A stretch of DNA of 20,000 bases from an uncultured virus (IMG/VR IMGVR_UViG_3300030372_004205) (IMGVR_UViG_3300030372_004205:44679-64678), one strand, 5' to 3'. Positions 8,789 to 16,571 are shown, counted from the stretch's first letter. Numbers and translations: made by a program. Notes: generated by a model not told the origin, from the sequence alone.

Positions 8789-8932
8789 ATGAATTGGGAA
8801 TTTAGTGTAGGATTTTATCCTGGTATACTTTTTGGAATGAGGACGTATACCGAACGAAACAAACAAAACCATGTAGTATATCTACCGCTTGTAGATTTTT
8901 GTTTAACAATATTTAAAAGAAAAAGAAAATAA
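8789..8932 (+). CDS. Small hypothetical protein (47 aa, not in ORF track)
   Basis: MNWEFSVGFYPGILFGMRTYTERNKQNHVVYLPLVDFCLTIFKRKRK*; TAATG stop/start overlap with the RNR gene. Confidence 0.6.
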   Translation: MNWEFSVGFYPGILFGMRTYTERNKQNHVVYLPLVDFCLTIFKRKRK

Positions 8933-10777
8933 TGAAAGAGATTAATAGTAACATTTTATCTGATATTACTGTCCATATGAAATATGCTAAATATGTTCCT
9001 GAGTTGAAACGTAGAGAAACTTGGAATGAATTAGTAGATAGGAATATGGCAATGCATATTAAGAAATACCCAAAGTTGGAGGTTGAAATAAGAAAAGCGT
9101 ATAGCTATGTATTTACAAAACAAATACTACCATCTATGAGAAGTTTACAATTCGCTGGAAAGCCAATTGAAATCTCTCCAAATAGATTATATAATTGTTC
9201 TTATTTACCTGTTGATAGCGTAGATGCTTTCAACGAGATAATGTTTCTATTGTTATCAGGATGTGGAGTTGGATATTCAGTTCAACAGCACCATATAAAG
9301 AGTTTACCANNNNNNNNNNAGAAGGTTTGTTATAGGTGATTCAATTGAAGGTTGGTCTGATGCTGTTAAAGTATTAATTAGATCTTATCTTGGAGAGAAA
9401 AGAGCTTCAAGAATAGTATTTGATTATACTGACATCAGACCTAAAGGTGCTAGGCTAGTGACATCAGGTGGTAAAGCACCTGGTCCACAGCCTTTAAAAG
9501 AATGCTTAATTAAAGTTGAGGGTATTCTTGAATCCAAAGACGATGGGTCAACATTAACATCGTTAGAAGTACATGATATTGTGTGTCATATAGCCGATGC
9601 TGTATTAGCTGGTGGAATTAGACGAGCTGCATTAATCAGTTTGTTTACTGCTACTGACGACGATATGATATCTTGTAAATCTGGTAACTGGTGGGAAACA
9701 AACCCACAAAGAGGTAGATCAAACAACTCAGCTGTTTTAATGAGACATAAAATAACTAGAGAGTTTTTTATGGACTTGTGGAAACGAGTTGAATTATCTG
9801 GAGCTGGAGAGCCTGGCATATATCTTAACAATGACAAAGATTGGGGTACAAACCCTTGCTGTGAGATAGCGCTTAGACCTTTCCAGTTCTGTAACCTTTG
9901 TGAAGTTAATGTATCTAATATTAAAGATCAAGATGATTTAAATAATAGAGTTAAAGCTGCAGCGTTCATAGGAACGCTACAAGCTGGATATACTGACTTC
10001 CACTATCTTAGAGAAATATGGAAAGAAACAACAGAAAAAGACGCTCTTATAGGTGTGTCAATGACAGGAATCGGGAGTGCCGCTGTGCTCCAAATGGATA
10101 TGAAGGCCGCTGCAAATATCGTGACAAAGGAAAACGCACGGGTAGCGAAACTAATAGGGATTAATTCATCAGCTAGATGTACAACTGTAAAACCTGCAGG
10201 GACAACATCTCTGGTCCTCGGAACATCTTCGGGTATTCACGCTTGGCATAATGATTATTATGTCCGTAGAATGCGCGTGGGGAAGAATGAGGCTATATAT
10301 GGATATTTATTAAATAACCATAAGGAGTTAATTGAAGACGAGTACTTCAGACCTCACGATACCGCTGTTATTTCCATACCACAAAAAGCGCCTGATGGTT
10401 CAATACTTAGAACTGAATCACCATTTGATACTCTTGAAAGAGTTAAACGTGTTGCACAAGAATGGATACGACCTGGTCATAGACGAGGTAGTAATACTCA
10501 CAATGTGTCAGCAACTATATCTTTAAAAGAAAACGAATGGAAGAAAGCAGGGGATTGGATGTGGGAGAATAGAGAATATTACAATGGGTTATCTGTATTA
10601 CCATATGATGGTGGTACATATACACAAGCTCCGTTTGAGGACATTGACGAAGCTAAATATAATAAAATGTCCAAAGTATTATCTAATGTAGATTTAACGA
10701 AAGTTATTGAAGCGGAGGATAACACAGATCTATCAGGCGAGTTAGCTTGTGCTGGTGGGTCGTGTGAAGTTGTTTAA
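8932..10777 (+). CDS. nrdJ: Class II (adenosylcobalamin-dependent) ribonucleotide reductase; one gene interrupted by a 10-N assembly gap
   Basis: RRETW, LPSMRSL, NCSY and GCGVG precede the gap. After it, frame +2 is open from 9320: RRFVIGDSIEGW...DIRPKGARLVTSGGKAPGP, GGIRRAA, TNPCCEI, TVKPAGTTS and C-terminal CAGGSCEV. No small-subunit gene is adjacent. Confidence 0.9.
9310..9319. other. Assembly gap (10 N)
   Basis: Run of N causing an apparent frameshift in nrdJ. Confidence 0.99.
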
Positions 10778-10795
10778 TTTAATAAAATGTAAAAT

Positions 10796-10975
10796 ATGAA
10801 TTTAGAAGAATTATTAGATGTTATGCAAGATGAAATGCATAGCGCTCACGAAGAAATAGAAAAGTTTATGAATGGAAATAAATCCGCAGGAACTAGAGCT
10901 AGAAAGAGTATGCAAACAATTAAAGATGCTGCTCAGAATGTGAGGAAACAAATTCAAGCCATAAAGAATGGTTAA
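10796..10975 (+). CDS. Histone H1-like Hc1-family small protein (59 aa, not in ORF track)
   Basis: MNLEELLDVMQDEMHSAHEEIEKFMNGNKSAGTRARKSMQTIKDAAQNVRKQIQAIKNG*; GNKSAGTRARK is the Hc1-family hallmark. Confidence 0.82.
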   Translation: MNLEELLDVMQDEMHSAHEEIEKFMNGNKSAGTRARKSMQTIKDAAQNVRKQIQAIKNG

Positions 10976-11112
10976 ATAATAAAGGGGGCTTTTGCCCCCT
11001 TTTTTTTATCAAGCTTATCGTCCTTTGTAAAAGGACTATTACCAGCTACTTTAGATCTTCTTCTACCGCAACTAGTTATTTTAACAGGATTTTTTACTTG
11101 AATATAAGCCAT
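10972..11112 (-). CDS. Small basic ORF (46 aa) reading through the terminator; possibly a truncated remnant
   Basis: MAYIQVKNPVKITSCGRRRSKVAGNSPFTKDDKLDKKKGAKAPFII*; shares M-x-Y-x-Q and SPFTK with the neighbouring ORF. Confidence 0.4.
   Translation of the reverse strand: MAYIQVKNPVKITSCGRRRSKVAGNSPFTKDDKLDKKKGAKAPFII
10974..11007. terminator. Bidirectional rho-independent terminator between the convergent arms
   Basis: Stem-loop AAAGGGGGC-TTTT-GCCCCCTTT (10981-11002), with a T8 tail on + and TTTATTATTT on -. Confidence 0.9.
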
Positions 11113-11137
11113 TGTTAAAACTTTTTAACTTTGTTTT

Positions 11138-11635
11138 TTACGTTTTCTTTTTCTTTTTGTCTTCAGCTGATGCTATTATGTTTTTTAATAAAAGTCCTTG
11201 CTTTTTAGATTCTTTTTCTGTTTTAGGTGAATGAGAAGCTAGATCAGCTTTTCGTTTAGCGTGACTTTCTTTAACTGCTTTTTCTCCTGCTTCTGTAGCT
11301 GCTTTATGATGTTCAGCACCTTTTCCATGTTCTTCTTTATATGCCCAATAAGCATCAGTTTTGGTTTTTCTATCCTTATCAGCTTGCTCGTTTCGCGCTT
11401 TTTGATCTTTAAGTATTTTATTTTGTTTAGTAAGATCAGCTTTTCTTATAGCTTTCGTTTTCTTATCGATACCACCAATATTGTCCATGTTAACTGCGGC
11501 GTCACGAAAAGCCTGTGCTTTATCCTTTGCCCAATCTTTAGCTTTGCTCCAAAATGATTTACCACTAGCTTTTGTAAATGGTGATTGTTTATTTGTAATA
11601 GTGAAGGGTGTGTATCCCTTTTGTTTGTATCCCAT
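11138..11635 (-). CDS. Lys/Ala-rich basic hypothetical protein (possible virion-internal protein)
   Basis: 165-aa ORF starting MGYKQKGYTPF...SPFTK; highly charged and helical. Confidence 0.65.
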   Translation of the reverse strand: MGYKQKGYTPFTITNKQSPFTKASGKSFWSKAKDWAKDKAQAFRDAAVNMDNIGGIDKKTKAIRKADLTKQNKILKDQKARNEQADKDRKTKTDAYWAYKEEHGKGAEHHKAATEAGEKAVKESHAKRKADLASHSPKTEKESKKQGLLLKNIIASAEDKKKKKT

Positions 11636-11637
11636 GA

Positions 11638-12039
11638 TTATTGAAATTTATTTAGTATTATTGTGTCAACAGAATTTTGCACTGTCTTTTTATCCGCATG
11701 TAACGTAAACATTATATTGGGTAGAAATCTAACCTTCTCCACGCCGTTGTCAAATATAATAACAGTGGGTATTGCAGAAACATCATACTTGTTTTGAACA
11801 TCCATTGAGGCCATTATATCTAATCTGTATGTCTCACATTCTTTTATCTTTTCAAGATCGTTAAATTGGTTGTGTTTATTCCAGTCAGCCCAAAACTCTA
11901 CAACCACAACATCTTTAGCTATTTTATCTCCAAAGTTTTCAGTGTCTATAAAGTCTTGCCCCATAGCAGATCCACATCCAAAAGCAAATAACATAATTAA
12001 AATGTAAAGATAATTTGATATTTCTACTTGTCTTATCAT
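11638..12039 (-). CDS. Exported thioredoxin-fold protein lacking CxxC
   Basis: VVVVEFWADWNKHN in place of WAxWCxxC; cis-Pro motif YDVSAIPTVIIFDNG; N-terminal hydrophobic signal-like segment. Confidence 0.78.
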   Translation of the reverse strand: MIRQVEISNYLYILIMLFAFGCGSAMGQDFIDTENFGDKIAKDVVVVEFWADWNKHNQFNDLEKIKECETYRLDIMASMDVQNKYDVSAIPTVIIFDNGVEKVRFLPNIMFTLHADKKTVQNSVDTIILNKFQ

Positions 12040-12380
12040 TTTCTTAATATTTTTATTTCTTCTTTCAGTTCATCTACCTCCTTAACTAACGCATCAATTT
12101 TATTACGAGCCATTTGATCTTTCATATTAAATTCCATTCTAGTTGGTGGCCAAGTATTAGTGGCAGCAGGGTCGCCCATATCAATTGTATATATACCTGT
12201 TCCAGGTTTTGGTAATTCTAATGCTTTTTGAACTTTTGTTTCTAGTTCTCCAAATTTAGAGTTTATAGTACTCATTAAACCAAAATAAGCAGATATAATA
12301 GTAGCAACAGCTACAACTATACTGATTAATGTTTTTATACTTATCTGAAATTTACTGTCTTCTGATAATTCTTTTGCCAT
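12036..12380 (-). CDS. Single-pass membrane protein with coiled coil
   Basis: TM segment LISIVVAVATIISAYFGLM; C-terminal heptads IDALVKEVDELKEEIKIL. Confidence 0.65.
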   Translation of the reverse strand: MAKELSEDSKFQISIKTLISIVVAVATIISAYFGLMSTINSKFGELETKVQKALELPKPGTGIYTIDMGDPAATNTWPPTRMEFNMKDQMARNKIDALVKEVDELKEEIKILRK

Positions 12381-12382
12381 TA

Positions 12383-12544
12383 TTAAGACGTTTTATATAT
12401 CCTTAAACCTTTTTCTATTTTCTCTTGTAATTCCTCAGACGTCTCAGCATGATATTTATCATGACTAGGATGTCTCCTTCTACCATGTATTTTAGATCTT
12501 CTTTGAGTTAATGGTGAAATATTTTGTTTTTCTAAATCTAACAT
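12383..12544 (-). CDS. Small basic hypothetical protein (53 aa, not in ORF track)
   Basis: MLDLEKQNISPLTQRRSKIHGRRRHPSHDKYHAETSEELQEKIEKGLRIYKTS*; fills the gap with 1-2 nt spacers. Confidence 0.55.
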   Translation of the reverse strand: MLDLEKQNISPLTQRRSKIHGRRRHPSHDKYHAETSEELQEKIEKGLRIYKTS

Positions 12545-12545
12545 A

Positions 12546-13328
12546 TTACTTTCTTATATAAATTTTACCATTCTCAATATACAATCCTTCTCTATTTTTA
12601 ATAGCTTGCCCATTAATATTATATATTACACCATTTGTCTTAGATTTATCTAATATTTCCATAATAGCAGAGTTGCAAGGTAAACCTGAGTCACAATCAA
12701 TATATTCTGTATTTATCACCTCAACATATTCCACAACCGTATCAACTACAAATATTTCTAAGTATTCAGTTTCTATAACAGTATCATATATAATTGTATC
12801 AACATACTCTATAACAGGAACTTCAACAACTAACGTGTCTAATATATCCTCATAAACAGTAATAGTATCTGTAACGTATATATATTCTGGAACTAATGTT
12901 TCAATTTCAAACGTATCAATAACAACTGTTGTTATATATTCTGTTTCAACTATTGTGTCAAATTGAATTATAGTTTCATATATATAAAATGGCACCTCTA
13001 CTTCTATTGTATCATAATTCCACTCTATAAACGGAACTTCTATAAATACAGTATCACAAGGTGGTGGTGGTGGTGGACCGCAATCTGTTGGTAAAGTTGG
13101 TGCAGCTTCGTTTTCATCAGAAGCATCAACACAATCCTCCCATCCATCATTTATCCAATTACCTGGAACACATCCTTCTGGAGAGTATTGAGTCCAATTT
13201 GTTGGGTCATCTCCACAGTAAAATCCTCCTGCCTCTGCACAAGTTAAACATAACTCTTGAAAATCGTATTCTTGCGCATTAGCGAACGAGCCAATAAACG
13301 CAAATAGTATTATAATATATTTCTTCAT
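12546..13328 (-). CDS. Secreted protein: signal peptide, LDL-receptor class A-like module, poly-Pro linker, DT-repeat stalk, T9SS-CTD-like tail
   Basis: Signal MKKYIIILFAFIGSFANA|Q; CVPGNWINDGWEDCVDASDE; PPPPPP; nine D-T-hydrophobic repeats; C-terminal IYNINGQ...GLYIENGKIYIRK. Confidence 0.7.
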   Translation of the reverse strand: MKKYIIILFAFIGSFANAQEYDFQELCLTCAEAGGFYCGDDPTNWTQYSPEGCVPGNWINDGWEDCVDASDENEAAPTLPTDCGPPPPPPCDTVFIEVPFIEWNYDTIEVEVPFYIYETIIQFDTIVETEYITTVVIDTFEIETLVPEYIYVTDTITVYEDILDTLVVEVPVIEYVDTIIYDTVIETEYLEIFVVDTVVEYVEVINTEYIDCDSGLPCNSAIMEILDKSKTNGVIYNINGQAIKNREGLYIENGKIYIRK

Positions 13329-13330
13329 AA

Positions 13331-14383
13331 TTAAAATATTAAATAGTTAAAACCAAACTTCACTTCATATACTGGTTTATCCCAGTACTTCATATGAGTT
13401 CCTTCAATAAACAATCCCAATGATTTAGTAATCCTTGAGCCAAATACAATACCAGCATCCCACTCGATATTGTCGTATTTTTCCTCCCCATATTCAAACG
13501 AATAATCGTCTAGACCATAATGTAATGGTAGACAGTTAGCCCAAATATGTAGCCACAGTTTTGGTGTGTACTTATAATACGCCACACCAACAACAGCACT
13601 AATTTCTTTTTGTAATCCCAACTTCTCTAGTTCACGCTCATTAAATCGTGCAACCGCATCTCCAAAATAGTGGTGGAAAAACTCGTCGTTTGAGGTAGCG
13701 ATAAGTACGGAATCTCCACCACTAACATCGTACCAATTTTGGTCGACATAAAATCCCTGCACCCATTGTTCTGGTGCATACCCAAAGTCTTCCGCTAGAT
13801 CTTGGAATGTTGATTCACCTGGTATCCAAAAATCTTCAATAGGATTTATACCATAAGCTGGATGTATTCTACCAACAACCCCAACTGTTAAATCCCAGTT
13901 ACCTTTTGTTATTCTATATCTTGTATCAAACGATGCAAACCGTAAATCTACTCTTTGGTTATCTGTATATTGCAACTTAGTAACACAACTGTTACCTAAA
14001 TATCTTAGCCAGAAATTTTGATTATTAAATTTTTCTCCACGTTCTCTAATAAAAGAATAGTTAAGTAAATACTCCCAACCAATAGCATTACCTATTGTCA
14101 CGTTATCACTTACTCCATCTTCAGTTCCGTAATACCACGTTTTGACCTTATACTCATAATCCATACGAGCGATTTTTCTCAACCCAATTGTCAAGTTATA
14201 ATCATATGGATTAACTTCTGTAACGTCTTCATATCCTTTACCAATAGCAATATAGTCTTCTCTTTCAGTAAAAGAAGTACCCATTGTCATTGATGTGTAT
14301 AATGTAGAATATTTAAAAAAGTCTTTTATCTGCCCTGTGCAAGTAGCACTAATAAGCAAAAATAATATAATTAATTTTTTCAT
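13331..14383 (-). CDS. Putative outer-membrane beta-barrel protein
   Basis: Signal peptide MKKLIILFLLISATCTG|Q; aromatic-rich alternating strands; C-terminal YEVKFGFNYLIF ending in Phe (BAM beta-signal-like). Confidence 0.7.
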   Translation of the reverse strand: MKKLIILFLLISATCTGQIKDFFKYSTLYTSMTMGTSFTEREDYIAIGKGYEDVTEVNPYDYNLTIGLRKIARMDYEYKVKTWYYGTEDGVSDNVTIGNAIGWEYLLNYSFIRERGEKFNNQNFWLRYLGNSCVTKLQYTDNQRVDLRFASFDTRYRITKGNWDLTVGVVGRIHPAYGINPIEDFWIPGESTFQDLAEDFGYAPEQWVQGFYVDQNWYDVSGGDSVLIATSNDEFFHHYFGDAVARFNERELEKLGLQKEISAVVGVAYYKYTPKLWLHIWANCLPLHYGLDDYSFEYGEEKYDNIEWDAGIVFGSRITKSLGLFIEGTHMKYWDKPVYEVKFGFNYLIF

Positions 14384-14511
14384 TTTCCTTGTCCTCTATA
14401 TTGTTTTTTATAGTTATCACTACCTTTGTTATTAGAGGTTTTAGATTTAGCGTGTACACCTCTTTTTACACGTTTCTTTTCCATAAATATAAACGATGCT
14501 CTCTTTGCCAT
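14380..14511 (-). CDS. Small basic protein ending in YRGQGK (43 aa, not in ORF track)
   Basis: MAKRASFIFMEKKRVKRGVHAKSKTSNNKGSDNYKKQYRGQGK*; TAATG overlap upstream and ATGA overlap downstream. Confidence 0.7.
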   Translation of the reverse strand: MAKRASFIFMEKKRVKRGVHAKSKTSNNKGSDNYKKQYRGQGK

Positions 14512-15002
14512 TATATTGTCTTATACGTTATTGTTACTTCTTCTCCGCAATCAATAGCCTCTGCTATTCGTGGGTATATTCTTTTATATGCTTGAGTTGA
14601 CTTACCTATAAAACCGTCCTTCGTGATTTGGTTGTTTTCTTGGGAGTCGCCAACCAAGAGACACCCAGCTGTATGCTCGTCAGTGTTACCACAATGTATA
14701 AGAATATACTCAAAACCAGGCACATCAGTAACGTGAAGCATCCCAATATGAATGTGAGGAAAACGTTTAGAATACTTTGCATGGTATCCCCCAACTTTTC
14801 TAAGACCCAATTTGTAAGTTCCATTTGGTATTCTTGTCTCGCCATATACTTTTTCATTTCGTTGTTCATCTTCTAATGTGTATGCTAAAAATTTTCTTTG
14901 TTTAAAACTACCATCTATATCATTACCCTGTTCAATAGTTTCGAACAGTACTCCATTAGTACTATCAGTACCACTAGAGAATCTAATTACTTCTAAATTC
15001 AT
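14511..15002 (-). CDS. DUF5675-family protein, candidate endolysin (L,D-transpeptidase-like His/Cys peptidase)
   Basis: YTLED...ETRIPNGTYKL...DVPGFEYILIHCGNTDEHTAGCLLVG matches the DUF5675 pattern (IHxGN...GCxLVG). Confidence 0.8.
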   Translation of the reverse strand: MNLEVIRFSSGTDSTNGVLFETIEQGNDIDGSFKQRKFLAYTLEDEQRNEKVYGETRIPNGTYKLGLRKVGGYHAKYSKRFPHIHIGMLHVTDVPGFEYILIHCGNTDEHTAGCLLVGDSQENNQITKDGFIGKSTQAYKRIYPRIAEAIDCGEEVTITYKTI

Positions 15003-15308
15003 TTATTTAATCGTTACAGTTAAAGCTGGTGATGTACCAGTGCTATACATTTTTAAATTATAAACCTCTTCATTGAAGCTAATATTATCCTCTAACACAA
15101 GTGTTGTGCCCTTTGGGATATTAACATTCTTAATAAAATAGTAATCATTAGCATCAATACCGTTGTTTAAAAATAGATTAACAACAGCCCCATTATTATT
15201 GTCACTGAAGTTAGCTATTGTTATTTTACTTATATTACCAGATCTATTTCCACCTTTGTTTATTAAAAATGTAGTAGCCGGTGAGGTTGTTACGTTTACT
15301 ATTTTCAT
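15003..15308 (-). CDS. Small beta-rich hypothetical protein (probable virion/tail component)
   Basis: 101-aa predicted beta-sandwich (ISKITIAN...YYFIKNVNIPKGTTLVL); lies in the late arm. Confidence 0.6.
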   Translation of the reverse strand: MKIVNVTTSPATTFLINKGGNRSGNISKITIANFSDNNNGAVVNLFLNNGIDANDYYFIKNVNIPKGTTLVLEDNISFNEEVYNLKMYSTGTSPALTVTIK

Positions 15309-15309
15309 A

Positions 15310-16389
15310 TTATATACTTGTTATTTGTACCATAGCACCGTGTACGTATATTGAATTACTTCCGGGTGCAACCTTTATAACTAGATCTTGTAAGAGACCA
15401 GCTATTCCAGACGCACCTATGTTTGGTGATAAAACCACCTGAGCTCCAACGTTACCGGTTGTTGAGCTAACCGCATCATTTTCTCCATTTTGAAAATTAT
15501 AAGGATAAGCTGTTACACCATTTACTACACTACTACTCGCATACACGGTTACGGATGTTGCTTTCATATCTCTCGGTATTTTAACAAAAGCATACATAAC
15601 ATCAAGTGCGTTAACAGTTCTAACCCCAAACTCAGCCCCACTATCTTCATCGTCCTCAATAACCAGTGGATCGGTAGCTCTATCTCCTACTATAAATTCA
15701 TTTGGCATAACCTTTATAAAATTTTCATTCCAAGCCCCTGTTGGTGCAGGTTTATATGTTTCAGGTCCCGTATTAATAGAGTTGGATGTGAATATTATAT
15801 CTCCATCTATATCAAGAGTCATATGTGCAAGTGCAGCATCAGCATCCTTTGTTCGAAGTGTGGTTGCACCATTAGTTGTTGTTATTGTACCAAACCAATC
15901 AGCGGGGTTAGCTGAACTTTCGTGGAGCAATTCAAAACTACCGTTTGTTATGTTTTGTCTTATACCCATACTATCATGAGCATCACCTCCAGCTCCACCA
16001 ACAGTTATTTCTATTCCTTGACAAATATGAGAGCCATTATTGTTTATTATCATCCCAACACTTTGATTGCTAGTGTTGCTACCTAATTGGTTTCCGTCAA
16101 TATCAATCTCAATACCGTACATTTTGCTTTGTCTAGCGCCATGATTACCAGTATCATCCATGTCAATCCTAAGGCCTCTCATTATATTAACGCCGCTAGC
16201 TAAACTACCCGCTAATTTATAGTAAAGATTAATAACACTCCCCCATCGCAATTGGGTACCTTCTTGAGTTACACTTATGTCTGTTGCGTTGTCACTAAAA
16301 CTCCCATCTCCGTCGTAAGTATACTCTTGAATTATTTTGTTTCTAAATCTAGATATAAAATCCCATATATGTTGACCTATCCATTTCAT
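15310..16389 (-). CDS. Putative tail fibre/receptor-binding-like structural protein
   Basis: 359-aa Gly/Asn/Thr-rich protein with repeated beta-strand G-(I/L/M)-x-(I/Q) units (GLRID, GIEID, GMIIN, GIEIT, GIRQN), suggesting a beta-helix; lies in the late arm. Confidence 0.55.
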   Translation of the reverse strand: MKWIGQHIWDFISRFRNKIIQEYTYDGDGSFSDNATDISVTQEGTQLRWGSVINLYYKLAGSLASGVNIMRGLRIDMDDTGNHGARQSKMYGIEIDIDGNQLGSNTSNQSVGMIINNNGSHICQGIEITVGGAGGDAHDSMGIRQNITNGSFELLHESSANPADWFGTITTTNGATTLRTKDADAALAHMTLDIDGDIIFTSNSINTGPETYKPAPTGAWNENFIKVMPNEFIVGDRATDPLVIEDDEDSGAEFGVRTVNALDVMYAFVKIPRDMKATSVTVYASSSVVNGVTAYPYNFQNGENDAVSSTTGNVGAQVVLSPNIGASGIAGLLQDLVIKVAPGSNSIYVHGAMVQITSI

Positions 16390-16391
16390 TT

Positions 16392-16571
16392 TTATATTTC
16401 AAATCCAAAGTTTAAAATCATAAATCTAAACCTTGCACATTTACCTTTCTTTTTACACTCCCAACAAGGACAAAATGACAATTCAAATATTGTCCACGTT
16501 CCTAGTCTAAAGTTTATTTCGTATACTTCTTTTTTATTACCTGCTTTCCAGGAATTAATCCAATTTATCAT
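16392..16571 (-). CDS. Small Cys-containing hypothetical protein (59 aa, not in ORF track)
   Basis: MINWINSWKAGNKKEVYEINFRLGTWTIFELSFCPCWECKKKGKCARFRFMILNFGFEI*; A-rich start context; stop 2 nt before the next ATG. Confidence 0.65.
   Translation of the reverse strand: MINWINSWKAGNKKEVYEINFRLGTWTIFELSFCPCWECKKKGKCARFRFMILNFGFEI

Noticed and set aside
9301..9460. Apparent split, frameshift, intron or intein in the RNR gene
   Set aside because: The frame change coincides with a 10-N placeholder and RNR sequence resumes immediately after it; no intein or intron signatures are visible.
11020..11036. Second small hairpin GTCCTTT-GTA-AAAGGAC next to the terminator
   Set aside because: Short AT-rich stem with a 3-nt loop and no U-tract; could be chance.
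12700..13060. CRISPR-like or DNA-level tandem repeat array
   Set aside because: The recurrent GTATC/TGTC words reflect Asp-Thr codons at irregular spacing; there are no identical 25-40 bp repeats.
13060..13077. (GGT)n microsatellite as a phase-variation tract
   Set aside because: It is a triplet repeat encoding the poly-Pro linker, so length changes would preserve the frame.
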